A DNA stretch of 64,000 nt from Psammoneis japonica (taxonomy: Eukaryota). Where the stretch lies: contig QPGO01000013.1 of assembly GCA_008632985.1 (NCBI GenBank), positions 434,001 to 498,000 of the forward strand. The letters run 5' to 3'. Position numbers and translations under genes: made by a program. Under the pieces are notes generated by a model. That model was not told the DNA's origin and searched no databases. It saw only the letters and a program-made list of their open reading frames with translations. This document shows, one piece after another, positions 1 through 12,158 of this stretch (within the stretch, counting starts at the first letter, position 1; every line of letters begins with the position of its first letter).

Positions 1-907
1 TGGTGGTCTCTGCTTTGTCATTCACCAGCTGCCTTCTTGCCCCAAACCAAGCTTCCCTGACATCTCAGATCACTTGCTTGTCATGGGCGCACAAGCGCAA
101 ACGGCTTTCCACATCCTTTCTCAGCCTCTGCCAAAACAACTGTGACAACAGCAGTGCTGCAAATCAAACTCACCTTGAGTTGTTTGCACAATTCTGCAAT
201 CTTTCTTTCACAAAAATGGCTGCATGCATTGACAAGGGACGCTTGGTCAATGTGTGCACTGCCTTGGCAAAAAGCAAAGCATCGTCCTCGCTTGGGGGAG
301 CTTTGTTGCCTTGCATTTTTTTGCTGTTGTGTGTGTTTGACCACCCAGCATGAATGTTTGTCTGGGGGCAACTCCATCCACACTGCCATTTTCATTGCAT
401 TGGTCAATGAATGTCTGCACTCTGGCATGTGCTTTGGTCAGAGAGACCTTTGCAACCTTCCCTTCTCTGGTGGATGGCAGTCAGACATGGAGAACGAAAA
501 TGTGTGAGAAGTTGGCATGTTGAAAACGAACATGTGTAAAGAAGGAAAAAATCGAGCAGCAATCTCCATGCCATGTGCTCCCAATGGGGTGCAAAAAGAC
601 TCTCCAGATGCGATTGCCGCTCGATTTTCAACATTGACTCTGCTGCAAACGATCTTCCTGCTGCCATTGTCGATGTCGTTCATTTTTTTCTCGTGCAAAA
701 AGGACGAAGATTGTCGTATGGCGGACGAACGCGCAGAAGATATTTTTTAGAGAATCAATGCAAATGGCGTCGGCGGTCGGCGGCGTCTGTTTAAACCACT
801 CAAACACACACAAACACACATGGTTTAGGCAGTCCAACCGAAACTCTAGTGTGTGTACAAATAACATTTCTAATTTTGGGTCGTAACTACTGCATCGATG
901 ATTCCAT

Positions 908-2845
908 CTAAACGCACTGTGTGCAGCAAGTGCAGTTGACTTCTGGACTCGTGCCACCACAATCGGCAATAAGACTCGTCATGTTTCCTCCGTTCCCTCG
1001 TGATTTCAAAAAGTCGCACACAGCAACAGGCATTTCACCCGTAATTCCCGTTGCGTGAACATTCAAGACTTCCAAGTTTGAATAGGTACCAAGTGCCGGT
1101 GGCAAGGTTCCAGTAAACAAGTTTTCGTGAACCTGCAGAAACTCGAGCAGAGGAAAGTTTTGCATACCACTAATGGGTCCCGACAATCGGTTGTTGTTCA
1201 TATCCAACTGTGTCATTCCTGAAAGCGAATAAAGCTGAGACGGCAATGTGCCAGTCAAGGCATTGTAATCAACGTCGAAAAATTCCAGATTCGACATGAG
1301 CCCAATCTCGGAGGGTATGGTTCCGGTCAATCCACCATTTTCCATACCCCATCGTTCCAAACCAGTCAACTGACCCATTTCAACTGGAATAGTGCCGACA
1401 AGATTGTTATTCTCTGTTATTGCACAAAGAGCAGTAAAAAGAGTCAGAAGATTGCACCAAAGCACCGGTATTTCCGGAAAAAAACAAAGCACTTACCGAA
1501 TTCAATCTCCGTCACGCACAAGTTTCCGTCACAATTGATCCCAGCCCATTGACACTCATTGGTGGCGGCAAGAAACTTGTCATCGCCTTCAAAAGGAAAT
1601 GACGCTCCGCAGTTGACAGAGTTTGCGGAGCACTTGGACCAGTTGTCACCATTGGTCGAAAAGTACATGACTGCAAGAGCATACCGTTGGCGAATACCGC
1701 CGCAGGGGCTTGGATCGTTGGGGCACACCGAGAGAGCGTCCTCGTGAATGATCCAGTTGGCAGCTTTACCTTGAGGGGTAGCCGCATTCTGAACCAAAGC
1801 CGGGCCGACACTGCATTCAAAATGGTCATAATGGCATCCGAACGCTCCGTTTCCGTGAGACCGCAATTCAGAGTTGGTGCCGGAGACAGAGACGGGGTAG
1901 CTGACGGGGCAATGGTTGGACTTTTCGTCGGAGACAATGTCGGACTCTCGGTAGGGACTCTCGTGGGGGGCGAAGAAGGAGCAGCCGAAGGTGTCCCGGT
2001 TGGCGACGGCGTCGCAACAGAAGGAGCACCCGTAGGAGATGCAGTGGCAATCGATGGAGCAGCCGAAGGACTCTGAGTTGGTGATTGCGTTGCTACAGTC
2101 GGTGCATCCGTCGGAGAAGCCGTAGCTTCTGATGGGGCATCCGAAGGAGTAGCTGTGATCGGCGCCGAGGGAGCTAGAGACGGGTTACTAGTCGCAGCAA
2201 GGGTCGGAGATGCCGTAGGATTGCCGGTCAGTCGACAGTCGGACTGCTTGTTGGTACAATGGGGTTGAACTTTGGTGGTATTGTCGGAGCACTTGATGGA
2301 GAAGTAGTGGGGACATTGGAATCTGTGGGGCTTTCCGTAGGACTCTCCGTCGGGATTGAGGTCGGGGTGGCTGTTGGGACAAGGGTAGGACTTGACTTCG
2401 GAAACTCTGTGTTTGGGGCAGGAGATAGGGTTGGCGAGGTCGTCGGAAGCATAGTTGGTGTTTCACTCGGCACAACGCTTAGGGAAGGCATGGGTGTTCC
2501 AGAAGGTGAGCTGGAGGGTGCCTCGCTGATGCTTGGAGCTTGAGATGGAGCGTGTGTAAGGTTCAAACTGAGCGCCACGTCCGTCATGTTCAAATACTCC
2601 AGCATTTCCTCAAAAGCTGAGGTGCTTTCCTGCAACGCTCGTTCCATTTGTTCCCGATCAGATTGAGACGGTATGGGTTTGTCATGTTGAGCTCGTAGAC
2701 GGATGCGATGGCCATTGTGAGATCCAGCATTAACCCATTTATTGTTTTTGGAAGCGCGGATGCTGCCAGCACTCGCCGGTTTCACTGCAGCACCCATGAC
2801 GAGGCATGAGAGAAGCAGCGCATTGGAGAGACGTACATGTGCCAT
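908..2845 (-). CDS. Secreted Pro/Thr/Ser-rich stalk + leucine-rich-repeat protein (diatom LRR family); intron 1414-1496; apparent frameshifts near 2228 and 1803
   Basis: Signal peptide MAHVRLSNALLLSCLV, PT/PS repeats, 'QRYALAVMYFSTNGDNW...ECQWAGINC' LRR N-cap, LRR units 'LTGTIPSEIGLMSNL'; GT..AG intron joins EIEF to ENNNL. Confidence 0.8.
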
Positions 2846-3417
2846 TGCTGTTTATTGGATTGATTGGAAGTTGCTAGTGTGGAATGGTTTTGATTTGTGA
2901 GACGACAGAAAAGTACTCTTTAACTTCTTGTAACTGCGATGGTGACGACAGAGTACCACGTAGTCGGAGACTTTTTGAAACGAATTTTGTGTCTCACCAA
3001 TTCAACCAGGGATTCACGATATATTTGTTCAGAGGATAAGGTGGTTTCACTATCATCTTTTACTTATTGCGTGCCTTTCATACACGGTAAATCGCACTGC
3101 CTAGGAAGGATCGTGAAACTGTAATTCATTTGTTCCCGGACGAGTGCGACGCACAAAGCACTCAAAAAAGTTCAACCCATGGGTCTGCCTATGTCTGAAG
3201 TGGGACTTATTTTCCAACTTGATAGTTGACGCAAGATTGCTTGCAAGATACTCATATGGTATGAATACACATCATGTTCTACTCCATCCATTCTCGAGGT
3301 TTCACGCATGTTTCGCGTGACTGGCTCATTTTTCTGTGACTCAAGATTCTTCAGTCCCGTAGCATTTTTACGTGGAATTCTACGGCACGCGATGAGTTTC
3401 CCATTTTTTTTCTCACC

Positions 3418-4013
3418 ATGGCGACACAACGAGCATTGAGGCAACTCGTTCCACGAGTGGTTGGCACACTTCGTCATTCTACTCCCACTGCCACAAGCAT
3501 ACAATGGAAGCCTTTTAATAGCAGCAGCGAAGCTACTGCTACAAGCGACGTGCTTGTGTCGCAGACCAAGGCAGAAAACGAGAAGAAGAATCATCAACAC
3601 GGTGAGTCTGTCTGTACGTCCTGAAACAGCATCCCGCCCACACTCCTTGCGTTAGTCTAGCGATAGCAGATATGTAGGATGCTAGAGGGCGGTTAATTCA
3701 AACTGAAAGAGCCTTCCATGCTTAGTTTCTAGCGAGAAATGGCTTTCGATCTCTCACGAGCCTTTCTTGTTTTGTTGTTACAGAAACTAGTAGCAAAACT
3801 GCATCTACAAACAAGGATCCTCTCATGAGTGCTTGCGGCACAGTTGACAATGACGAAGAAGATGAGATGGAGCAGGAGGAGATGTTTGTCGATCCACATG
3901 AAAGCTTTGTGCATAGGACACGAGAATGGGGCGGGCCTACAAGGGGCGGACGTTTGGCAGAACCCACCCGATTTGGTGATTGGGAACGCAAGGGACGATG
4001 CACGGATTTCTAA
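3418..4013 (+). CDS. SDHAF4: Succinate dehydrogenase assembly factor 4 (DUF1674/Sdh8-like); intron 3602-3783
   Basis: C-terminal REWGGPTRGGRLAEPTRFGDWERKGRCTDF signature; Arg-rich mitochondrial presequence; in-frame splice GTGAGT..TTACAG. Confidence 0.85.
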
Positions 4014-4222
4014 GAAACACAATACGAGATACTTGACACACAGTAGAGGAAACGATTGTACGAACTCTCATTTCTAATTGGAATAACTATCTTTGAAACA
4101 TGGAATCAAAGTAACTCTTCTTCTTCACATATGTTGCTTAGTCCTTTACACCGCGCAAACCGTAACAAAGTTCAGTTCAGACTTTGTACACAAAAAGCTG
4201 AATTAGTCAATGACCTCGCTTT

Positions 4223-4744
4223 CTAATATTTTGGGAATCCACCAATATTTGGATTAGCCGAAAGAGTGGTAGACTCTCCCTCGAACGACACTGGGAAACG
4301 CGACCGTCCGGGAATGCTGTTTCCCGCAATGTCCTGGGTTCGTCCAAAGACCGACGGAGTTGCGAGCAAATCTCCACACTTGTTCTCCATAAGTGGCGAC
4401 ACGGCAGCAGAGGGTCCGTTGGGACAAAATATTTTGGAACCTTCCGAATTGGCCGGGACGAGTTCACGCAATTCTTTTCTCAAGTCCTTGGCCGACTTGT
4501 ACTGAATCTCGCCCTTGCTGTTGCGTTCTTCCCAATCTCGTTCTCTTGCCGTGTAGGCAGAATACGAAGCCTGTGCGGGAGCAGAAGCACCAAACAATGC
4601 AGCCGTGAAACCAGCAGCCATGATATCACGGCGAGTCGCTGATAATTCTGTATTCGACGCAGTGGAGCGGGACGGTGTGTTCACAGAAAAGCCGCTTGCG
4701 GAAGCCACGAGGCATGCGACTGCGAGACTTGTAGAACCCTTCAT
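4223..4744 (-). CDS. Plastid (probably thylakoid-lumen) protein of unknown function
   Basis: Signal peptide + 'ASGF' cleavage-like motif, transit peptide, twin-Arg 'TRRD' then hydrophobic stretch ending AQA. Confidence 0.65.
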   Translation of the reverse strand: MKGSTSLAVACLVASASGFSVNTPSRSTASNTELSATRRDIMAAGFTAALFGASAPAQASYSAYTARERDWEERNSKGEIQYKSAKDLRKELRELVPANSEGSKIFCPNGPSAAVSPLMENKCGDLLATPSVFGRTQDIAGNSIPGRSRFPVSFEGESTTLSANPNIGGFPKY

Positions 4745-5857
4745 TATTTTCCGTAGAAGTGGTTTGTCGGTGGTTTAGATGACTATTGATCGGCGTAGAC
4801 AATGCTGAGGATCAGCTGTTGCAATGTCCTTCTGTTCTTGCGTGTTCTGGGATTGAATTCTTGCTGGCTATTCGCTTTGTTCTCTGTTGGAACAACGCGG
4901 TGTGCGTGTTGTTGCCAGCAATGCTGACAACAGAATGAAAAATGCGTCGCGCTACGTCATCACGAGCCACGCGACATATGGCATGATGTCATACTGCAAT
5001 AATCTCCTTAAGTAATCAAAATGATGTACTTAACTAGCCGAACACGTCAGATTTTCGTGGTCGTATGTGAAACTCCGGGTTAATTTTTCTTCTCTATTCT
5101 GTTTGTGCTTTCGGCGACTGTGCTCTACACACATGATGATTGAATGATAAATGTGTAATTTTATTCAAGCAACAAGCGTGAGCGAGCAAGATGACAAGCG
5201 CAAGCTCTCTTCTGCTGTCTAGACTGGCGCTGCCAGTGCTGGCAGACAATGACCTCTCTGGGTCCAACACATGACATGCAGCGGCACTCTGGAGCACCGC
5301 TTCTGAGGCAACTTTTGCCACATCTGAAGAACGTTGTGCTGCTGCTCAACACACCAGGTGACAACGTTCATTGAATGTGACCTGCAGCACAAAAGACAGG
5401 ATGAGTTGTGGCACCTTGTGTGCAGAGTGCAATGATTCATTTGTCACACAAAAAATGTGCTTGCATTGTGTCGCCACAAAAAATGGAAGCCACCGGGCCT
5501 GCTCCAATTCCAGGTGTGGTGCACAGGCTCGATTCCCACCACTGGCCCATTTTTGCATTTGGCACAACAAACTCCTTTAAAGCTTGTTTGAAATTGACAT
5601 TTTCCCAAATCGAAGTGCAAGTGTGCACAATGCTTGAATTTTTGTGTGTGCACCACTTGCAGCTCGATTTTCGAAACCATCAAAGTTGAAGGAGTTTGAT
5701 GTGCTGAACTGCACAAAAAATGAGCTCCAGTGTGATGGATTGCAGATCACCTGGGGCTGGAACAGGCCACCACGGAGGGTCACATCTGGAGTGATGGCCA
5801 TCACGACCGTGATGGAAGCAAGAGCCAAGTGCCGCCAAAGTTGGCGCCAAGAACTCA

Positions 5858-6253
5858 AGACTCGTTCCAGGTCTATGTAGGTGGGACCTCGTACTACTGA
5901 ACTGTGACATCGATAGTTTTTTGAGTCTCGTCGTATGTCGCGCACGTAGATTTCTACGTGATTTTTTCGATATTTTGTGTCATTTTACGGTACACTTATT
6001 GAGCGATCCGTCCAACAACTTTTGACATTTTTTGTTACAGCGCGATTCTACAATGTCTTAAGAATCGCGTAGGGCAGGCGAAGTTGCAAAAACGTCGAGT
6101 GGTAAGAGGCATAATTGTACCACAAACTTGGCCGTTTATTTGATGTTGAAGATAAATATATCCATTAATTAAATTCTCGTACTACAGAGCTCGCACGTAG
6201 AATTCTACGGGCCCAATGTCACACGGAGTCCCACCTAGGGCTGGAACGCGTCT
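5858..6253 (+). mobile_element. ~390 bp non-coding element with imperfect terminal inverted repeats (MITE-like), copy 1
   Basis: Ends AGACTCGTTCCAG..TAGGTGGGAC and GTCCCACCTAGGGCTGGAACGCGTCT; each arm carries the palindrome CGTAGAwTTCTACG; homologous inverted copy at 22143-22540. Confidence 0.7.
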
Positions 6254-6735
6254 CAACAGCAGCAATGTAAATTTCTCTCTTCTCCAATGACAAGGGGGGG
6301 GGGGGGGGGCACTGTGACCAATGTTTGCAGGAACTTGCTTCACAGTTTTGCTCTGCATGTGTGACGAACAAGCGCCGGCCAGCCGCTGTGACGAAGTGCT
6401 CCACACACATTGCCGAGGCAATGCCCAAGTGATCAAGTCCATCACTTTCCTTCTACAAAGGGTTTTCTTCTTGCCACAAGGTGACAACAATTGAGCCATC
6501 GCAGTCGCTGAATGTCATTGTGGCATGGGAAGAAAAACTGCAGGGTTCAGGATTCCATTTGCCCTTTCGAGCTCTGACAAATGACAAAGATCGACATTGG
6601 TGGCCCAGGTGGACAGCTGGTGCCGGGCGGAGGGGCCCTGCGGCAAAGAAATCCATGCATGTCAAAACGACCCAAAGTGTTGAATGTGAAAAAAAGAACG
6701 CCGCCGCTGCCCGCTGCTGTTGTCCATGTCATCCC

Positions 6736-7706
6736 ATGTCGACTTTTGACGATGCGGAAAGACCGTCCAAGCAGAACAGTGCTCGCCATTGCTCTCGGCA
6801 GGTGCGGTTTCTTCTTCATGACTGAATTCCGTTGTGGTCTCATGTGATTTGATGTTTGATTGTGCACTGCACAGCGGTCCTTCTTCTGGGCGGTGATGAG
6901 CATGGGCGAAAGAGATTGCCTCCAGGGTGTTTCAAGGATCAAGTGGATTTGTTACGTGCAGCAGGCTTGCCATTTGGATCCTTTCCTTTTCTACTTTCCA
7001 ATCGAGTCGTCTGCAAACTGCTGGTTGGATGCTGAGCATCTTTTTCTACCCATTGCTTTTGGAGGGAATCGGACTCCGAAAGCTGCACATGGACGAGTGT
7101 GTGAGAGATGCGATTTCTAGTAGAGAGCGAAAGATCAACCAGGTGCCAGTTGTAGCAGGAGGCTATGATGGGCTAGCTTGGCGAATGTCGCGAGAGTTTT
7201 CATCCGTCAATGTGTTTGAAGTGGATCATCCAGCAACTGGCGGGGTCAAGCAACATGCAATGGCTCGACTTGATGCGAGTTGCGAGAATCTAGACCATGT
7301 GCTGACTGACCTCACCGAGTGCACTTTGAAGCAAGCAGTGGAAAAGGCCGACAATTTTGATATGCGCGTTCCAACCATTGTAGCAATGGAGGGTCTGCTA
7401 ATGTATTTGACACAAGATCAAATCATTGGCATGTTCCGAGACGTTGCTAAAATTGTGGGCGAGGGATCAATTGTTTGTTTTGATTTTTTGGCGTGGAATC
7501 ATGCAGTCAACCGCGTGGATATGAATTTCATCTTCATGGTTCATGGACTTGTCAACAACTTTGGCGAACCTTGGTATTTCGGACTGGAGCGGTCGCGTCT
7601 CCAGGCATTTTTTCAAATACATTTGCCAATGTACAGTGTAACTGATCAACAACCAAGAGTAGGAATTGAAAATGTGGCGTGCGCAACGCTTGTGAAGAGA
7701 ATCTAA
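6736..7706 (+). pseudogene. Class I SAM-dependent methyltransferase (leucine-carboxyl-methyltransferase/Ppm1-like family) with a degraded 5' end
   Basis: Motifs PSRTVLAIALGR (other frame), QVPVVAGGYDGLAWR, VFEVDHPAT, AMEGLLMYL; the 5' part lies in a TpA-depleted tract and has frameshifts/stops. Confidence 0.65.
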
Positions 7707-8198
7707 TTGATTGTTTTGAAAGAAAGCCAGCAACTTCTCTTGCTATAGTTTCATTACATAGCTATTCTATTGTTATCGTAGGGCTATACCCTATCGTCAA
7801 TTCCTATCTAGACAGAGAGGGAGAAAGAGGGGAGTCCCATTTCGCATTTCGGTCTTGGCAACGCCATGCCATACACGAGCGACAAGTAATAGTGCCGACC
7901 ACCATCAACGTTGCCCTCGAACGCTACGTCTGATCGTGTGATGTTTGATGCCTGAGCATTTTTGCATATGCCACATTGATCGGCACTTTCAAATTTCATC
8001 CGTTGAGACTAAGTACAAAGCAAATTCAAATAGAAGTATCAGCTAGATCCAACATTATCTAGCGATTCTGGGTGTCTTAGAAGTAAGCCTTACTAATAGA
8101 GAGAATATTTACTACTTCCACGAAAATCCAGTTCAGCGGATTTGTTGCTATTTGTCTGGCACTGTGCCAGTACTGGTTGTTCAAACTGCAACAGACTC

Positions 8199-8678
8199 TC
8201 ACTCTTGTTTGTCACATGGTCCAGCCGTGCAGGACACCAACTTGATTCCCTCAGAACATACACCAGGATGGAAGACTTCCTTGCGCCTTGGTACCAAGTG
8301 TTGAGCGCACTTTGAACTTCCAATATATACCGTTTCATGAAAGGTTCCATCAGAGGCGCAGAATTGGTCCTTCACAGAAAGGAATTTGGGCATTCCTGCG
8401 TTTCTCGTGCAGGGAGATCCAGGCTTCTCGTACGTATCAAACGTCTGCGTCATGATTGGATCACCCTCGCATTTCCGGTCTTTACCATAAACCAAGAGAG
8501 TCACGCACGCCGTAGGATCCTCCTCGGTTCCAGTCTTGCTTGCATCATGATCGGATACATCTTTAGTGAAAGAATTCTCGTCATCGCCACCACCTCGTAA
8601 GGCAACGGAGGACCCAACAATCTCTTGAGACAATGTCGAGATGAGGGCTAGTGAGAGGAAAAGGCAGTATCGAACCAT
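8199..8678 (-). CDS. Small secreted Cys-rich protein
   Basis: Signal peptide MVRYCLFLSLALISTLS, several Cys, open 159-aa frame. Confidence 0.55.
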   Translation of the reverse strand: MVRYCLFLSLALISTLSQEIVGSSVALRGGGDDENSFTKDVSDHDASKTGTEEDPTACVTLLVYGKDRKCEGDPIMTQTFDTYEKPGSPCTRNAGMPKFLSVKDQFCASDGTFHETVYIGSSKCAQHLVPRRKEVFHPGVCSEGIKLVSCTAGPCDKQE

Positions 8679-8995
8679 TTTTGCCGAGTGTTTGACCAAT
8701 TTATGAGACACTTACTCGAATGTGACAACCCCTCATTTTTTGAGTCCCGCGAAAAACATCAACACGCGTTCAAAATCTGCTTCTCCGGAAGACAGACTGA
8801 CTGACTCATTCCACATTCTTTTTTTTTTCGTCAGTTGCTTTTCAACACGTAACACCATGACGAAGCCGGTATCGCGACTCGCATCTCTGCTTTGTTCGCA
8901 CAAAAAGCAGTGTACCGCCACAATTTCGAAATTCATTGAAGCGTTTCGCTGCCATTGACTAACCACAAGCAAGCACACACACAACATCAATCATC

Positions 8996-9721
8996 ATGCA
9001 ACAGAAGACGAGTTTGCACAGAGAAGTTCTTCGCTTTTCGAATCTTTTGGTGGTATTTCTCACCCTTTTACCAATCTCTACCGCCTTTACACCTTCGAAT
9101 GCTTCCTTTCGTGGCTGCTCGCCGGCATCTGTGTGCGGCATCACGCTGCAAGCTGCCTCTGGTACTACACTGAGCAATCCGGGAGTGGAGAGTCAACGAG
9201 ACGCGGATGTTCGTGAAGTTGTACGACAAGTGTTCAATGACAAAGACAGTCGTCCAGTTATCCTGTTTGATGGCGTGTGTAATCTTTGTAATGGCGGTGT
9301 GAATCTTGCGTTGGATTGGGATCCTCGAGGTCATTTTCGGTTTGCAGCGCTTCAATCGAATGTAGGACGAGCGCTCTTGGCTGTGCACGGGAAGGAACCT
9401 GACGACATTTCTTCCATTGTGCTGGTGACGAACAAGGGTAAAAAGGCTTATTTCAAATCGGATGCGATTCTAAGAATTGGGCAAGAACTGACGCCGCCAG
9501 CCGATTCTGCGCCTTTGAGGCGCGTACTGTCAATGGCACCGGTGAGACCTGCAGCCTATGCCGGGAGATTGTTGGTGCCGAAATTCGTTCGAGATTTGGT
9601 TTACGACGGCGTTGCTAACAATCGGTATAGCATACTTGGAAAACGGGATCAATGTCGATTTGATGCAGACGGAGAGTTTGACGACAGATTTATTCCAGAC
9701 GAAGATATACTTGCGTTGTGA
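8996..9721 (+). CDS. DCC1/DUF393 thiol-disulfide oxidoreductase-like protein, plastid-targeted
   Basis: ILFDGVCNLCNGGV (DxxCxxC), FRFAALQS, RDLVYDGVANNRY; signal peptide + 'TAF' motif. Confidence 0.85.
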   Translation: MQQKTSLHREVLRFSNLLVVFLTLLPISTAFTPSNASFRGCSPASVCGITLQAASGTTLSNPGVESQRDADVREVVRQVFNDKDSRPVILFDGVCNLCNGGVNLALDWDPRGHFRFAALQSNVGRALLAVHGKEPDDISSIVLVTNKGKKAYFKSDAILRIGQELTPPADSAPLRRVLSMAPVRPAAYAGRLLVPKFVRDLVYDGVANNRYSILGKRDQCRFDADGEFDDRFIPDEDILAL

Positions 9722-9833
9722 TTGCATTTCACATTCTCTATAACTCTTGACTCTGTAGATCTTGCTCAAATTTTAACGAACAATCATTCCTTTATTGACA
9801 ATCCAGCTTGCAGCTTCGACTTGAAATTATAGT

Positions 9834-11642
9834 TTAACTCTCCCCAGCCCAGCCAGGTTTCAATATATTTAGAAAACCGACGACTATTGCATAAATCACT
9901 GACGCAAAGGTGATGCACAAAAAGACGGTACCACCAAATGTCGATCTCGTCGTTGGATCGCTCTGTAGCTTTTGCAAATCTTGCTGTGTTCGAGGGAGCC
10001 ACCCTACAAAGAAAATCCCGGAAATCTGAAGGGCTGTGGTCAGCAAGGTGAGATTAATCATACCGCGTAACTCTCCTCGTTGCAACGCGGCCTTGCTCAC
10101 ATCCCATATTCGTAGCAAGACGGTGCTCATTGCGGTTGATAACGTCAAGGCTGTAAGATGACAAACGAGAGAGCAGGATAAGCCACAAATCTCGACAAGA
10201 AATGCTCTCAATTTCAAATCAACAGGGAAAGATTTACCTGAGTTGTTGACAGTCGTAAACATGGCATAGGATGCACCTTCGCTACCCGAGGGACACAAAT
10301 GCACCATCATGATTGTTGTCGGCAAAAACTGTATCCCACTGATGAACTCAGCCATGGCGTCATCACCGAGAGCAAACGCAAAGTTACTAAGGCCAAATGT
10401 AATGCCCTTGATGAGTAGCACTTGAAGAGCAGAGAAGAAACCGTTCAAAATTGTCGTCAAGATGTAAACGGATCTCCAACTCCAAGTAATGAAATAATAC
10501 TTGTAGGCAAGAATGCCAAAGTACAGAAGAATGTAGGCCCAAATCAGAATCCAATTCAATTGGTCTGCCGTAAAGTGTAGAACCGTTCTCAAATACTCCC
10601 TCCATGCTGCGTTTCCTACTTGCAACAAGTTGTACAAGTATACGAACCCCATTGGTTGCCACACTGCTCGACTGCAGACTGTATTCCAGATTTCCTTACA
10701 ATGTTCCTCTGTCGAACTGACCGGGGCATTGCGTTGTTCTTGGAGATTTAGAATCAATGGAAACATAAAGAGCGGGAGAAACGCCATGATGGAAATCACA
10801 TAAAAGGGTCCAAACCAGGAATAAACCTTGGTCGAGCAGGGAGCGGCAACCATGAGACCAAAGAAGCGACAAGCATAGCAGGTGGATTGAATATGCCCTC
10901 TCGTCTCTTGTGGCTCCAACTTTGCCTTTTCCGCAACGACGCTGTCGCCCATTACGTCTGCTAACCAAAAGCCCGTACCAAAGCCCAAGATGGAGAGACT
11001 AAACATTGGAATAGAGGGTGCGCCTTTCGGCGGTATAGACAGGCCATCTTCATCGTGCTCTACAGCAGACAAATCAGACATTACAATGAGCAGTATGAGA
11101 GAAACACTCGCCAAAGCCCAGCCCAGCGACATGTAGGACTTGCGGCGGTAGCCACCCATGGGAAAGTTGTCACTTATGAAACCAAAAACGAGCTTGAATG
11201 ATGCGGGGAGCGATCGAATGCTTGACACAGTCACTTGCTGTGCTTCGGTAGCGCCTAGATCAAGTGGATACACGTTAATCAGTGGTCCCGACAAACCCTG
11301 CAGAATGCCGACAAGCAAGTAACAGGCTGGAATAGCAATGTTTTCTTGCCTTAGCAACTGACAAGATCGCGGAACATTCGGCGGAAATAGCCAGTCATAG
11401 AGCCACTGTGGTAACCAGGGGGGAGCATACTCATATTCCAACACGGTCGGATACAAGATTTCCTCCATGAGTTCACTTGCATCGGTCGCAGTAGCTGAAA
11501 TCTCTTCGTCGCTGTTGCCGCTCGCAGTAAGCGATTGCATTTCAATTTCCTTTACAGATTTCATCAGCATTGGACTAGCGGGTGGTGAATTTCCATTCAT
11601 GAGGACTGCCTCTGTTGTCGCACTCTTGTCAATCACCGTCAT
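9834..11642 (-). CDS. BT1/folate-biopterin transporter family MFS protein; in-frame intron 10151-10237
   Basis: LPASFKLVFGFISDNFPMGGYRRKSY, ADVMGDSVVAE, LCPSGSEGASYAMFTT motifs; many TM segments. Confidence 0.85.
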   Translation of the reverse strand: MTVIDKSATTEAVLMNGNSPPASPMLMKSVKEIEMQSLTASGNSDEEISATATDASELMEEILYPTVLEYEYAPPWLPQWLYDWLFPPNVPRSCQLLRQENIAIPACYLLVGILQGLSGPLINVYPLDLGATEAQQVTVSSIRSLPASFKLVFGFISDNFPMGGYRRKSYMSLGWALASVSLILLIVMSDLSAVEHDEDGLSIPPKGAPSIPMFSLSILGFGTGFWLADVMGDSVVAEKAKLEPQETRGHIQSTCYACRFFGLMVAAPCSTKVYSWFGPFYVISIMAFLPLFMFPLILNLQEQRNAPVSSTEEHCKEIWNTVCSRAVWQPMGFVYLYNLLQVGNAAWREYLRTVLHFTADQLNWILIWAYILLYFGILAYKYYFITWSWRSVYILTTILNGFFSALQVLLIKGITFGLSNFAFALGDDAMAEFISGIQFLPTTIMMVHLCPSGSEGASYAMFTTVNNSGKSFPVDLKLRAFLVEICGLSCSLVCHLTALTLSTAMSTVLLRIWDVSKAALQRGELRGMINLTLLTTALQISGIFFVGWLPRTQQDLQKLQSDPTTRSTFGGTVFLCITFASVIYAIVVGFLNILKPGWAGES

Positions 11643-12158
11643 TTTGTTGCTTTCAGCGGGTAAAAGTCATTGCTTTGTGTCATTGTGGGGCGCGGCGGGG
11701 TGGCTGCAGACTGCAGATCCGGACGCGGGACGAACGTGAACGTGGGCTTCCAACTAAACTACCTTAAAAAAATACAAGTACTTCTAACTAACGAACTAAC
11801 TACCGTAACTAACGATAACGATAAACTGACAAAGGAAAAGAGCGGTATCCTACTTTACGCTGTTAGAAAGTATCTCTAGTACAGTACAATATATACCGGT
11901 AGAAGAGGAGTAGAGTCAAATGAAGCTTTAGAGCGAGTTCACTTTTTTTTCAACTTTCGCTCAATGACAAACCTGACCCTCCGACTAAATAAGTGGGCGG
12001 AGTGTCCTACTATCAGTCCGCACGTGCTGATAGAAAGTACTAACGGCAGTACAGGAGAAGAGGATCAGAGTAGAAAAACCTTTAGTCAAGTTTATTTACA
12101 TCTTTCCTATTTTTTTTAATATGCAACACAAATCATCGGCTTGTCGCTCGCGTCAACC

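Noticed and set aside
5854..6257. CA flanking both ends of element copy 1 as a converted TA target-site duplication
   Set aside because: Not reproduced at copy 2, and element ends are too uncertain to call a target-site duplication.
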